Below, piece by piece: positions 25,529-38,934 of a stretch of DNA of 64,000 nt. The notes below the pieces were generated by a model. That model worked only from the letters and a program-made list of their open reading frames with translations, made no database searches and was not told the DNA's origin. Source of the DNA: Somniosus microcephalus (taxonomy: Eukaryota); contig CM126206.1 of NCBI GenBank assembly GCA_052327205.1, forward strand, positions 165,044,001 to 165,108,000. The letters run 5' to 3'. The position numbers and the translations under genes were made by a program. How positions within the stretch are numbered: position 1 is the stretch's first letter; the number at the start of each line of letters is the position of its first letter.

Positions 25529-27689
25529 GAGTTGAGACTAAGTGTAGTCTTCAGGAGAACTGAGGTTAGAGGCCGTGAAAGAATTAGAACAGGACATGTA
25601 GTAATTAAGTTGCCATTTTAAAGTCATAATTTTGTCCTTATTTTTATATTTCCATGATCAATTCCTACGTCCGCATTTAAAATGGAAACAGCCTGTATAA
25701 ACTTGTCATGCTGTAGATACGCCCTTCCAACTGTGGGGAAATGTAATTACAACATGACTAGTTTACATAGGCTGTTTCATTTTAAATATGATATAGAAAT
25801 TTATAATGGACGCTAACAGAGGTGCATGCAGACATAAGATTTTTACTATATTCATAGTTAGTTTGCCTCTGTGAGCTATACGATTACAAAGAACATTTCT
25901 AAAGAACTGGTTGATGATTTTGATAAACACAGCAAGCGCTTCAAGGAAATCTTTCCTCCATCAGTGGTATCGGTTAAAACAACATTCTAGCTTCTATATA
26001 ATCCAAAATAATCAGTTCTACAAGAGTTCTGGGATCCTCACTGGCAGGCAATATTTTGAGAAATCAGTGATTGCCTGGTAGCTGGAATTGTTTCTAGCTA
26101 TTGACTTTTGTAGCTTACCTTCTTTAATATTGTATTCCATTATATGATTGCAAAGCAGTCACAGATGTTTGGGGAAAATAGCATCACGTTGGAAAGTGTT
26201 AATGTGAAGCTAAGTCTTGCAAGTCCCTTATAATGTCGAGCCAGGTTGATACCCAAACCATCTCTTTGGAGGAGGTTCTAAAGCCAATCAAATTTCTTCA
26301 ACTCTTAAACATCCATTTTCCCAGTGTATAGAGCATTGGCAACAAATCTAATGTGCTAATGTTCCCTATGTGCATGTAAACTTTACAAAATGTAATTAAA
26401 AAGCAACATCAGGTGACAAAAAGAGGGACTATGCCATCAAATATACTGTATATAATGTTACCTTTTTGCAGCACTTTCACTTTGTGTTCTTACAGCAAAA
26501 TTTCTTCTTTAAGCAATGAAGTTTCACACAAGTAAACATTTAGCAGTTCCTGCTTGCGAAAAGCTTTGTCTCAGAAAATGTCAAATCTTCTACACAGTTA
26601 TCCAACTGGACAATACCAAGTAAAAACATTGATGACTGGCATATTCATTAACTTATCACCAATTGCAGCATGCAAACTGAATGTGTTCATTGATGGAAAA
26701 CAACATTTAACAGTGGCATGCATCATGGTAACCAATCTGAAATTCATAAAGGAAAATAAGGGTAAATTCATTGATCCTGCAATTCCAGTGGAGAGCCATG
26801 GTCGCTGGGAGCAAAGGACAGAGAATCAAAGCCGCAGTGTTGTCCTGTATCTCCAACCTGCACTCCCTGTGAGTGCCTGATCAAAACATTTACTTCATAG
26901 TGCCTTGTTTAATTTCTTCCATATGGTATAAACAAAATACATTATTAAGATCTGTTGGATCTCTTTTGTACCCTACTTGTGGTTTGTGATGCAGACAATT
27001 CCATCACTTGTGAGTTATCAGGCCAGCCCACTCATGGGTATAATAATTTCCATAAATCTTCATAATGTACCCTGTACATAATAAGTAATACTCTTTTACT
27101 AGAATTAAACTTATTACTTTTATGTGTGACACAAAACACTGCCTTATCCACAATTATTTTATGATTGTGAATAAATACAGATAAAAGTAGTTTCACACCT
27201 GTAAGTGTATAATACCTGAAATTAAATTACGTGCAAAAATAGTGTTGGCTTGTCTTTGTTTTTTTCTGATTTATCCCTTACCTATAAATATAGTTTTTTT
27301 TTTCAATGCTGATTGGTATCGTAAAATATTGAGTGTTACAATTTGAACAGCAATGTAACTCCGTTGCTATGTCAGTTGCTGCTCAGCAATGTCAGGTCTA
27401 GAAAAACAAAAAGACAAATAATGACATTGTAGAAGGATCATTCCACCCAGTGTATATATTTCTATGGTAAACGTAACCTATGTATAACTATACTTTTCAA
27501 CCTGAAGAAAATTGTTCATTGACAGAGGTTCTTGTTTTAGATATATTTGATGGCGTACAGCTTACATTAATGTAACCTTGGAGATATTACCCCTAGAAGT
27601 AGTCAATTGCACCACAACAGTTCCAGGACATTGCTCCCACCTACACTTAAGGGGGCTAGCTGCAAATTTCTACAATGTGAACTGGATAC

Positions 27690-27830
27690 TAAGGGTTCTG
27701 AAGAAGTGTTTCGACCTGAAACGTTAACTCTGTTTCTCTCTCCACGGATGTTATCTGGCCTGCTGAGTTTTTCCAGCTTTTTCTGTTGTTATTTCAGATT
27801 TCCATCATCCACAGTATTTTGCTATTGTAC
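27690..27830 (+). repeat. Solo Penelope terminal repeat (pLTR) containing a hammerhead motif
   Basis: Matches the 3' end of the Penelope at 44960-45060: CTGAAGA...GAAACGTTAACTCTGTTTCTCTCTCCAC. Confidence 0.75.
27693..27730 (+). ncRNA. Minimal type I hammerhead ribozyme motif
   Basis: GGGTT-CTGAAGA-AGTGTTTCGACCT-GAAAC-GT-T-AACTC; stem I GGGTT/AACTC; stem II weakened. Confidence 0.6.
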
Positions 27831-28613
27831 TAAAGGGTAAAATTGGTTGTTGGCAAAAGTGTGAAATAGGCGATAGCGAATTGGCACCTTGTTTTACGTT
27901 GTACTCGTATCACCCCCTCATCCTGATTTAAAAAAAAAATAAAAGTAATTTTTCCCCCCATTTACTTCTATGCCTTTTGATGTTGGAGGCATTAGTTGTT
28001 GAAGCTTTCACTGAATTTTCATCTTTAGCAAAGCAAAATTGGGAACCCAAGCCATGATCATCTTTGTTTAGTTTTAGAATTGGAAAAAGTGCAACCCTAA
28101 CCCTACTCTCCCACTTCATTATGAAACATTGCCCTACAATCATTTATAACCATAATGACCAAGAAGGTCCCAGGTTGAATCTCTGGTCTGTGCTGAAGTA
28201 GGAGTGCCATTATTGGCCTCGGTGTCCCTGGGCACTGAGGGGAAGAATCTGCTTAGGCTCCTGACCCTGCTCTCATTCCATTGATATCTACTGCTTTTAG
28301 AAGAAAGCGTGTAAGAGGAGAAAATAAGAAGGAAAATTGGTGGCAGAAAAAAGAAAAGTCAACATGGAATGTTTACATATAGTAAAGATATGCTAACTGA
28401 GGAAACACTGATGTATTCAAAAAAGTAAACACAGTATAACATACTTCAGCTTTGATGTTTGTGCTTAACAACAAAATCAGATACCCAGAATACCATGTGT
28501 TTTTTTTTCCATTTGTTTATTTGATGATTTAAAGAAACCGCTTCAGGCTATGATTACATTAGATATAGATTTTCTTTCTGAGATAAACATAATGAAATTT
28601 GTCTGCCCTTTAG

Positions 28614-28659
28614 GTGACATACAAGCGGGACCTCTATGCAGCTGAATCGATCGTCAAGG
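28614..28659 (+). CDS. CRPPA: CRPPA/ISPD internal exon, equivalent to human exon 5
   Basis: ccctttAG|GTGACATAC...GTCAAGG|GTAAGT; 46 bp; VTYKRDLYAAESIVK+G (human VTYKRDLYAAESIIK); in frame with the previous exon. Confidence 0.96.
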
Positions 28660-29076
28660 GTAAGTGCTCAAGTATATGTCAAATTAAGTTGTTTGAACTG
28701 CTTTACTGAATTAAATATGCTTTAACTCTGTTCCTAGCGTCACTGAATGTTGGACGTGCTCAGTCTGTGGTGGCAAATTGCGCTGAGAGGTTTTGTAAAA
28801 CTAGGAACATTATTAAATATCAGTCTGGCAGCAGTCACTGTGATAAACTGTCCACAGATGCAATTGGGTAACTTGAGAGCAGTTATTTAAAACATTGGTC
28901 TGAGAACAGGAATTTTGAAGTCCTGGTAAACAGAAGTGTATGCATTTTTTAGCCTAGTTTTCCTAACTTTATTGAACTTGATGGAGACTATTTAAAAAGC
29001 AAACAATGTTAATTGAATTCTAACAGAACATCAATTACTACAGTGTTTCCTTGTCAAAGAAATGCATTGACATTTT

Positions 29077-30262
29077 GGTCAGCTGTGGCTCAGTGGGTAG
29101 CACTCTCGCCTCTGAGTCAGAAGGTTGTGGGTTCAAGTCCCACTCCAGAGACATTGAGCACAAAAATCTAGGCTGACACTTCGGGGGTGATTTTATCAAT
29201 GGGGACGTGATGGAGGCGGGACAGCTGCTTGTCGGGTTTTAGTCCCGCCTCCATCGACATCTGGCCAACCCACGCTAGTTTACCTTGATTGACCTTGTTA
29301 AGACCGCCCAGCGGGCTTAGCAGGCCAATTAAGGGAAAGCTGGTGACAGAGATCATCAGCGAATGATGTTTCATCTGTCAAAAATGTACTCAAGACTCAC
29401 CAAACCTCTTTCCTGAGCAGAAATCAGATGGCTGTTGCATTGGAGAATGCAGCAGCCATTCTGTCATCTCTGCCGTGGAGATGAGGCAGCTCCGCAGCCT
29501 AAAGGGATAAAGCCTGGAGGAAGAAGCAAAGGTAAGTAATCTTGTTAAAACACTTCAGACTCACCTCACACACTTACCTCTCCACACTTGCACTCATCAC
29601 TCACCTGCACACCGGACATTTCGGCCCCGCTGACCCACGGCTCGCCTCGCTGACCCTGGCGAGGTTCGGAACCGTCAGGAAGCCCACACTTTAGGGCTCA
29701 AAATAGGGATTAGCCAAAAAACTGCCTGTTAACTACCTGTTAACAGTCAGTTAATTGGCACTAATCCCCTTCCCGCCTCGAGGAGACGGGACCTGGCGTG
29801 GGTCGGGTACCCGCCTCCTGGGAAGTTGCGGGTTAGGTACCCGCTCCCAGATTCTGCCATTTTTCCGGCAGTCCCGCCTCCCCAGGGCTGGGAAAATCGC
29901 CCCCTTCAGTGCAGTACTGAGAGAGTGCTGCACTGTCGGAGGTGCTGTCTTTCGGATGAGATGTTAAACCAAGGGCCCTCTCAGGTGGACATAAAATATC
30001 CCATGGCACTATTTTGAAGAAGAGCAGGGGAGTTATCCCTGGTGTCCTAGCCAATATTTATCCCTCAATCAACATCTAAAGCAGATTATCTGGTCATTAT
30101 CACATTGCTGTTTGTGGGACCTTGCTGTGCGCAAATTGGCTGCTGCATTTCCCACATTACAACAGTGACGACACTTCAAAAAGTACTGCATTGGCTGTAA
30201 AGCACTTTGGGATGTCCGGTGGTTGTGAAACTCGCGATATAAATTGGTCTTTTTCATTCTTT
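29077..30262 (+). mobile_element. tRNA-derived DeuSINE (SacSINE1/AmnSINE1-like), split by a Harbinger MITE
   Basis: A box TGGCTCAGTGG, B box GGTTCAAGTCC; Deu-like domain CAGTGCAGTACTGAG...GATGAGATGTTAAACC...ATGGCACTATTTTGAAGAAGAGCAGGGG; L2-like tail. Confidence 0.85.
29183..29904. mobile_element. Harbinger-type non-autonomous element
   Basis: TIRs GGGGGTGATTTT / AAAATCGCCCCC; exact 3-bp TSD TTC; removing it restores the SINE (CTGACACTTCAGTGCAG). Confidence 0.85.
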
Positions 30263-30354
30263 CATTCAAACTAGAAGAATCATTTCTCTTTTCTTCTCTT
30301 AAAAATATATATTTAGCATTGAGACCTTCTAACCAAGACTCTAAGAAAATGTAC

Positions 30355-32052
30355 AATAGCAAAATACCGCGGATGCTGGAAATCTGAAATCACCAGCAGG
30401 CCAGGCAGCATCGAGGAGAGAGAAACAGAGTTAACGTTTCAGATCTGTGACCCTTCGTCAGAACTGGTAAAAGTTGGAGATGTAACAGGTTTTAAGCAGG
30501 TGCAGAGGCAGGGAAGGGGGTGTGGGGGGCGCCGTTGGGGAGGGGAGGAAGGAACTGAAGGCACAGACTGCGCTAGGATTGAACTCAGGAGAGATAAAAT
30601 GTTGCAAACGGGGATAGTAGAATCACCAACAGCTGCCGCCTGAAAAAATGGGGGGTTATAGTCTGAAATTATTGAACTTAATGTTGAGTCCAGAAGGCTG
30701 TAAAGTGCCTAATCGAAAGATGAGGTGCGTTCCTCGAGCTTACGTTGAGCTTCATTGGAACAGTGTAAGAGGCCGAGGTCAGAGTGGGAGTGGAGGGGAG
30801 AATTAAAGTGACAAGCGACCGGAAGCTCGGGGTCACCCTTACAGACTGAACAGAGGTGTTCCGCAAAGTGGTCACCCAATCTGCATTTCATCTTCCCCAA
30901 TGTAGAGGAGACCGCATCATAAGCAGCGAATACAGTATGCTAAATTGCAAGAAGTACAAGTAAATCGCTGTTTCACCTGGAAGGGGTATTTGGGGCCCTG
31001 GACAGTGGGAAGGGAGGAGGTAAAAGGGCAGGTGTTGCATCTCCTGCTCTTGCACGGGAGGGTGCCGTGGGGAGGGATGGGGCTGTTGGGGGTGATTGAG
31101 GAGTGGACCAGGGTGTTGTGGAGGGAGCGGTCCCTTCGGAATGCTGAAAGGGGAGGTGAGGAAAAGATGCGTTTGGTGGTGGGATCACGTTGGAAATGGC
31201 GGAGGATGATCCGTTGAATGTGGCGGCTGGACGGGTGAAAGGTGACGACAAGGGGAACCTTATCGTGGTTCGGGGAGAGAGAAGGGGTGAGAGCAGAAGT
31301 GCAGGAAATGGAACGGACACGGTCGAGGGCCGTGTCAACCATGGTATAGGGGAATCCTCGGTTGAGGAAAAAGGAAGACATATCGGAAGCACTGGTATGG
31401 AAGGTGGCATCGTCAGAACAGATGCGACGGAGACTGAGAAACTGGGAGAATGGAATAGAGTCATTACAGGAAGCATGGTGGGAGGAAGTGTAGTCCAGGT
31501 AGCTGTGGGAGTTAGTAGGCTTGTAGTGGATGTTTGTCGATAGCCTATCGTCAGAAATGGAGATGGAGAAGTCAAGGAAGGGAAGAGAAGAGTCGGAGAT
31601 GGACCATGTGAAGGTGAGGGAAAGGTGGAAATTGGAATCAAAGTGAATGAAATTTTCCAGTTCAGGGTGAGAGCAGGAAACGGCATCAATACAGTCATCA
31701 ATGTACCGGAAAAAGAGGTGAGGGAGGGGACCCGAGTAGGACTGGAACAAAGAATGTTCCACATATCCCACGAAAAGTCAGGCATAGATAGGACCCATGC
31801 GGATTCCCATAGCAACACCTTTAATTTGGAGGAAGTGAGTGGAGTCAAAGGAGAAGTTGTTCAATGTGAGAACAAGTTCAGCCAGGCGGAGGAGGGTGGT
31901 GGTGGATGGGGACTGGTTGGGCCTCTGTTCAAGTACAAGCGGAGCACCCTCAGGCCATCCTGGTGGGGGATGGAATTGTAGAGGGATTGGACGTCCATGG
32001 TGAAAAGGAGGCGGTTGGGGCCAGGAAACTGAAAACTGTTAAAGTGGCGGAG
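30355..32052 (-). mobile_element. Penelope-like (Poseidon-type) retroelement, 5'-truncated: RT, GIY-YIG and pLTR
   Basis: FTMDVQSLY, MGPIYA, FFRYIDD, CNLAYCIRC, RLGDHFAEHL; pLTR at 30355-30470. Confidence 0.92.
30429..30465 (-). ncRNA. Minimal type I hammerhead ribozyme motif
   Basis: Reverse complement AGTT-CTGACGA-AGGGTCACAGATCT-GAAAC-GT-T-AACT; stem I AGTT/AACT. Confidence 0.7.
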
Positions 32053-32317
32053 AGGTAGAGGTCGGTGCGCCAAACAACAACAGCGCCACCCTTGTCAGCA
32101 GGTTTAATGACAATTAAATAAATAAAATGTCCCTGTTTTCAATGAATTAAAATTAAGGCTGGGCTTGAATTTTCGTTTGGTGTGCAGACCTGTACAACAG
32201 GGAGAGCTGCAGTTTTAGATTGTCTGCACAACTTGTGTAAATCACAAATAAAAACAGAAAATGCTGGAATAACTCAGCAAGTCAGACAGTATCTGTGGAA
32301 AAAGAAACAAAGTTAAC

Positions 32318-33000
32318 GAAATTCCGATGCCTACGGGTGTGTACGCGCTGGAAACTGGCATTTCCGATCTGTCAAGAAAACTCTTGACAGATCCTCCGGC
32401 TGCCCTGGAACAGGGCCTCTGCGGGTGGAGGTTTCCGCTTTTTGGAGACCCTCCACCCGCAGAAAACACTTACAATTCTTGCACCTGGTAAGGCCTGCTT
32501 TTACCAGGATAAGAGTTGAAAAAAAGTAAAAAAAAATCTTTTCCACTGATTTATCATTTAAAAATATTTTAAAGAAAGGTAAGTTTATTTTTGGCTCCAT
32601 TAAAAACTTTAATTATTTTTTTCAAAAAATAAAATTTTTGTTTAAAATACTTAATTTATTGTAATTTAAAGTCATTTTAAAAATGTGATTTTTTAAATAA
32701 AAATTTATTTAAAGTTTTACTATGTTTTGGGGGTGATCTCTATTCATATATTTGACAGGTCTTCCAGTCAAATGTATGAAGGAAGATTCCCTTCTCTGAT
32801 TGGCTCCCCATGGCCCACGTGATCCCAGGGACGCTGCGAACTACCTGCGTCTCTGGGATACGTGGGCCCTGCGCACCGGCAGTTTGGAGAGGCCCAGCAA
32901 CGGAACTCTGCGCCTCCCGGGAGCCTTCCGGTCCAAGCGCAGATTTTTCCAATACGCAGCCCTCCGCCCGCGGGAGACCTGCGATCGGAATTTCTGGGCC
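32318..33000. mobile_element. Harbinger-type MITE, left end truncated
   Basis: Left GAAATTCCGATG versus right GATCGGAATTTCTGGGCC; AT-rich centre, GC-rich arms. Confidence 0.55.
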
Positions 33001-33458
33001 ATATATGTTTCATCAGAACCATATATGTAAATTACATATGGTTGTACAACTTTTGGCAGTCAGCAATTTCTGTAGACGTCTGGGCATGCTTTTAGGTGGC
33101 CTTAGGTCTTTGCAGTGCAAGCACAGCAGTTCTTTGTTTACTTTAATTATTTTCAATTCCATTATCAGATAATGACAGCCTTATTTGTTTTTAATCCCTC
33201 AACAGTGCAATATACATATAATATATACAATGTACTGCTACAGGTAGTACATACTTTAACAGTACAACTAAATTTTCTTCAGAAAAAATAGAAGTGTCTT
33301 TTATGAGTTTCAAAGCAACTTGCTAGCATTATACTCATTAGATACATTGTACAATACTATATACAAGCAATAATATTTTCTTAATTTTTAGTGAAATAAA
33401 TCCTAGTATCACTGCCGTTCATATCATGTGGTACAATACCACATGGTCTATTGATCCC

Positions 33459-33718
33459 TGCCAGCGATGCCCACATTCCATGAACGAATATAAAAAAAGC
33501 AAGTGGCAGATTTCAGTGAGGACATCCTTACTGAAGTGCAGACGTCTCACACACTGTTCTGCGCTGAGATTCAGGGCAGGTGAATTGCTCAGTGAACACC
33601 CTGGGCGGATAGGGCCTCCTGTGGAGAGCCCACCTCCCCCTCCTTCCTCTACCAGCAGCTTGTCCTGCTCTGCCTGCCCTCTGTTCATTCTCCAGATCAT
33701 GCTGTATTCCAAAGGGAA
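33459..33718 (-). repeat. Inverted copy of 34424-34679 (transposase 5' part plus LINE tail junction)
   Basis: The reverse complement aligns at roughly 90-95% identity, including the TGCCA(C/T)TTGC-T-run-ATATTCGTTCATGG junction. Confidence 0.9.
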
Positions 33719-34404
33719 ACGCTCATCAAAATGGAATACTTACTGCTGGTTATAGAATTACTAAAAAGAGGGGAACAAAAAGACAATGGGTGATAAAGAC
33801 AGCAACAGGTGTGATAGATTATAAGTAAACAAAAGTCCTATACTATTGAAACCCTAAACTATTATGGCCACATAATTGGCTCCATAGTGCCCGTTATTTG
33901 GGCTTTATAAGTGCTGTTTAGGTTCCAAAATGGCATCCGCGGCATGTGCACACTTCTGGTGTGAGCCGCGTCGGATGCCACCTCGGTGAGTGTGATAGTG
34001 AGCACACAGGGAGTGTCTGCTGGAAGTACGCAGAGAAGGCAGATCGTGATGTCAATCAGCGTGCAACGCTGATTTAACTCCGCGCTGCCATTTTGGAGCT
34101 CAACCCTCCAGCTAATGCTCTCTCTTAAACTCGCACAGCTGAACACACATTGAGTAGCAGGACCGTCCACCACCCCCGCTTTCCCCCTTCCCCCCCCCCA
34201 ACCCCACTAGCACTATTTAAAGGGATCATCAACTACTTTCTGATTGCTAATTGATTTCTACTGGCTGTTGCTATAAATGAACAAGTGTTTGCTGCTTTCT
34301 CAAGTTCTTTTAAAGTTGCTAAAGTCCACAGGGAGTGATGTGGGAGGTGCTGAAAGACTTTGTCCTGACGTCAAGACTTCTGCAGAAACCAGTTGCTCCC
34401 ACAC

Positions 34405-37030
34405 ATGGGTGTACTAGTAGGAATTCCCCTTGGAATACAGCATGATCTGGAGAATGAACAGAGGGCAGGCAGATTAGGACAAGCTGCTGGTAGAGGGGGG
34501 AGGGGGAGGTGGGCTCTCCGCAGGAGGCCATATCCGCCCAGGGTGTTCACAGCAATTCACCTGCCCTGAATCTCAGCGAGGAAGTGTGTGAGACGTCTGC
34601 ACTTCAGTAAGGACGTCCTCACTGAAATCTGCCATTTGCTTTTTTCATATTCGTTCATGGGATGTGGGCATCGCTGGCAAGGCCAGCATTTATTGCCCAT
34701 CTCTAGTTGCCATTAAGAAGATGGTGGTGCGTTGTCTTCTGGAACCACTGCAGTCTGTGTGGTGAAAGTACTCCCACAGTGCTGTTAGGTAGGGAGTTCC
34801 AGGATTTTGACCCAGCGACGATGAAGGATCGGCGATATACTTCTAAGTCAGGATGGTGCATGACTTGAAGGGGAACTTGGAGGTGGTGGTGTTCCCATGT
34901 GCCTGCTGCCCTTGTCCTTCTAGGTGGTAGAGGTTGCAGGCTTGGGAGGTGCTGCCGAAGATGCCTTGGCGAGTTGCTGCAGTGCATCTTGTAGATGGTA
35001 CACACTGCAGCCACGGTACGCCGGTGGTGGAGGGAGTGAATGTTTAAGGTGGTGGATGGGGTGCCAATCAAGCGGGCTGCTTTGCCCTGGATGGTGTCGA
35101 GCTTCTTGAGTGTTGTTGGAGCTGTGCTCAACCAGGCAAGTGGAGAGTATTCCATCACACTCCTGACTTGTTGCTTGTAGATGGTGGAAAGACTTTGGGG
35201 AGTCAGGAGGTGAGACACTCGCCGCAGAATACCCAGCCTCTGACCTGCTCTTGTTGCCACAGTATTTATGTGGCTGGTCCAGTTAGGTTTCTGGTCAATG
35301 GTGACTCCCAGGATATTGATGGTGGGGGATTTGATGATGGCAATGCCGTTGAATGTCAACGGGCAGTGGTTAGACGCTCGCTTGGTGGAGATAGTCATTG
35401 CCTGGCACTTGTGTGGCGCAAATGTTACCTGCCACTTATCAGCCCAAGCCTGAAAGTCGCACAGGTCTGCTGCATGCGGGCATGGACTGCTTCATTATCT
35501 GAGGAGTTGCGAGTGGCACTGAACACTGTGCAGTCATCAGTGAACATCCCCACTTCTGACCTTATAATGGAGGGAAGGTCATTGATGAAGCTGATGAAGA
35601 TAGTTGGTCCTAGGACACTGCCCTGAGGAACTCCTACAGCGATGCCCTGGGGCTGTAATTATTGACCTCCAACCACCACAACCATGTTCCTTTGTGCTAG
35701 GTATGACTCCAGCCAGTGGAGAATTTTCCCCCCGATTCCCATTGACTTCAGTTTTACTGAAGGGCTCCTTGATGCCACACTCGGTCAAATGCTACCTTAA
35801 TGTCAAGGGCAGTCACTCTCACCTCACCTTTGGAATTCAGCTCTTTTGTCCATATTTGGACCAAGGCTGTAATGAGATCGGGAGCCTAGTGGTCCTGGCG
35901 GAACCCAAACTGGGCAACAGTGAACAGGTTATTGGTGAGTAAGTGCTGCTTGATAGCACTGTCAATGACACCTTGATGTTTGATGATTGAGAGTAGACTG
36001 ATGGGATGGTAATTGGCCGGATTGGATTTGTCCTGCTTTTTGTGGACAGGACATACCTGGGCAGTTTTCCACATTGTCTGATAGATGCCAGTGTTGTAGC
36101 TGTACTGGAACAGCTTGGCTAGAGGCGCGGCTAGTTCTGGAGCACAAATCTTCAGCACGACAGCCGGGGCGTTGTTGCTGCAGCCACAACTGCAAACTCA
36201 TGCGAGGACCATATTGCCGGTGGCTGTGAAGGTGACCGTGGCCATGAACTTTTATGTGTTTGGCTCCTTCCAGGCTGGAGCTGGAGATATTGGTAATATC
36301 TCGGAGTTTGCCATCTACTGTTGGATAAGGGAGGTCACTGAGACTCTATTCCAAGAGTGCTGCCTACATTTCATTTATTCTGGCCAGAGAGCAACAGGCG
36401 GAGTGAGCACGCGGCTTCACAAGAATTGCAGGCTTCCATGCAACAGGGTGCCATTGATTGCACACACCTTGCTTTGCAGGCGCCACATGTCAACTCAGAG
36501 ATGTACCGCAACCGACAGAAATTCCACTCCCTCAACATCCAGCTGGTGTACGACCATACAAAGCATATCGTATAGGTCAATGCCCGATATCCTGGCAGCA
36601 GTCATGATGCCTTCATTCTGCGGCAGTCCGCTCTGCCATCTGCATTTGAGCCACCACGACAAACCAAAGGGTGGCTACTGGACGACAAGGGCTATCCGCT
36701 GACGACATGGCTCATGACTCCGGTGCATAATCCATGCACATGGGCAGCATGCATACAACGAAAGCCATGCTGCCACATGAAATGTCATAAGATAGCACGA
36801 TTGGCGTGCTGAAACAATACTTGCGCTGCATGGACTGCTGTGGAGGAGCCCTGCAGTTCTCAGCAGAGCGAGCATCAAGATTCGTGGTGGCCTGCTGCAA
36901 GCTGCACAACCTTGCCAGCATGAGGGCACAGCTCTTGTGAGCAGCTAAGGAGGAGGAAGAGGAAGCAACTAGACAGCCCCTTTCTGCCCGGGCTGTCCGT
37001 GAAAGACTCATCCGACTGCAATACCAGTAA
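34405..37030 (+). pseudogene. Harbinger (HARBI1-like, DDE_Tnp_4) transposase, disrupted by stops, frameshifts and a LINE
   Basis: CVRRLHFSKDVLTEICHLL|LINE|QPQLQ...KVTVAMNFYVFGSFQ; GAIDCTH; NRQKFHSLNIQLV; ARYPGSSHDAFIL; WLLDDKGYPL; YNESHAAT; ACCKLHNL. Confidence 0.92.
34641..36174 (-). mobile_element. CR1/L2-group LINE (Crack/L2-like), 5'-truncated, inside the transposase
   Basis: LKICAPELAAPLAKLFQYS...NYHPISLLS...QFGFR; [10 protein letters not shown]; LGVTIDQK...MEYSPLAW; TSD TTGCT (34636-34640 / 36175-36179). Confidence 0.9.
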
Positions 37031-38934
37031 ATGCAACCCCAATTCCACATTCACCAACAGTCGCACACCTTACCTTCACTCTGTTATGACCATCACAGTG
37101 TCCAATTGGCCACAATGCAAAAATAAAAGGCAACACAAAATAAATATTCCAAACTAAATTTATAAATCAACGCATGCCATATTGCATACAAAACGTCAAC
37201 TAATCACCCTAGTGCATTCCCTTATTGCCCGTCTTCTTGTGCCTTTGCATGTCCTGGTGATCCTATGCAATGCTAACCCAATGGCTATAGCATGGCTGAT
37301 GTAAGGCTGCTGACTTTCACTGGGGGAGACTGCAGATGGCCTTGGAGGACTCCCTCGAGCAGCTCTGGGCCTAGAAGGCCTGGCTTTGGACTGCACCATC
37401 TCGGTATGGGCGGCAGCAGTCTGGGCTGGCTGGCTGACGGGCAACAACAAGGGCACTGGCGAAGTGGCAGTGGTGGGAGGACGAATGCTGTCATCCTGAG
37501 AGAGGACAGCAGGTTCGTGCTCCACGGAGCCACTGCCACTGCCCGGGGTGGAGCCTCAGCAATCTGTTAGAGGACACCCTGGTATCTGCAGCCATGATGG
37601 CAGCAGTCTGAGCTTGCATGGCAGCAAGCTGACTTTGTATGACAGAAGTCTGAGCTTCTACTGCAGCACTCAGATGTTGGCTTGTGCTACAAAAGAAGCT
37701 GAAACATCGGCCATCAGATGCTGCATCATAGTTGGGGCCAGAAGTGTGCGAATGGAGTTGGCCACCACTTCCATGCGGAAAGGATAGGCTCAAAACTCTG
37801 CGCAAAGCCTGTACCAAGTTGGTGCTGGACTCCTCCGTGCTCCTTGACATTGCACTCAGACTTTCTGGCAGGCCTGCCAATGCACCAAGCATTTCATTGT
37901 ACATATCCATCAGTGTTCTTCTGTAGCCTGCCCGGTCAAAGTGCTCATCTGAGTCCTCTGCAGCAGAACTCGTGAGCTGACACCTGTGCTACCCTTGCCT
38001 GCTGCCCTGGCTGCATGCCATTTGTGCCCGGTGTCTCACCACATGCAGATCCCACCTCTAAGCTATCCTCTTAATTACACAGAGTGTCAGGATCTGAGCT
38101 GGTGGCTGCAAGTGTGAAATTGAGTGATGTTGTTTCTTCATCATCACTGTCATTTTTCTCTTCCACGTGTTGCTCTTCCACCACTGCCTGGCCAGGTTGC
38201 AGTTCTTTGGTATCTGAAAGGAGAAAGGCACAGGGTAGGGTTGTGGTGCAGGGAGTGGGTAAAGTAAGATGTGCATGCTTACACTATCTGCAGCTTTTAA
38301 ATCAAAGGCATTATGGGATGAGGGGGAAGTGGGATGTGAGAAGAAGAATTAGGTAAGAGGATATCATCATCTTCAATGGTTTGAGCCCCGCCACTGCCCA
38401 CAGCCTCAGCGATGGCCCTTGCGATAATGGCCTGCACCGTCTCCACCATCAGGGTAAGGACATGCAGCCGTGCCTGCCCCCTGCCGGTTAGCTCCTGCTG
38501 CCTCCAGTTATGTGCCAACATGTCCTGCGAGAGAGTGAAGTGTGTAAGTGTGTGTGCTGCAATCTGTTTGGGTGATGTGCCTGTCATGGTTGAATAGCTG
38601 GCTGTGTGTGCCTCCAGTGCAGCATCAGAAACCTTGGAGAATGCGCTGTCCCCTGTTGCGCCATAATTCACTCTTCTCCCTGCTCAGACAGTTCCAGCAC
38701 CTGCTCTACCCAGAATGCATTTCCCTTTAAGAGGTGCAGGCTGGCTTTAAGTGGTACTTGCCTCTCACAATCTTGGGCCCCCTGCTGAGGCGCACAGCCA
38801 CTCAACAGCACGGTTAGCCCTGGCTGCACGTAGCAATCATGAAAATTAGCAGGAAGCGCGAAGTTGACGGGCAGCCTGCATCGGAAGCAACAGCCATGGG
38901 TTAATCGCGCACTGCGATCCCTGTACTGCTCCAC

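Larger units (their letters stand above)
33866..38920. mobile_element. Formerly autonomous Harbinger element C: transposase (+) and convergent Myb/SANT gene (-); right end lost
   Basis: Left TIR-like GGCCACATAATTGG; HARBI1-like transposase; AATAAA at 37122; Myb remnant 37200-38664 (-) MAQQGTAHSPRF..DAALEA, exon 2 DMLAHNWRQQELTGRG. Confidence 0.85.

Noticed and set aside
26554-26880. 108-aa ORF in unique intronic DNA
   Set aside because: Non-ATG start, no recognisable domain and no convincing splice sites.
29077-29150. tRNA gene
   Set aside because: A and B boxes run into a Deu domain and LINE-like tail, so this is a SINE head.
36115-37030. Domesticated HARBI1 gene
   Set aside because: Stops, frameshifts, a LINE insertion and a convergent Myb gene mark it as a dead transposon copy.
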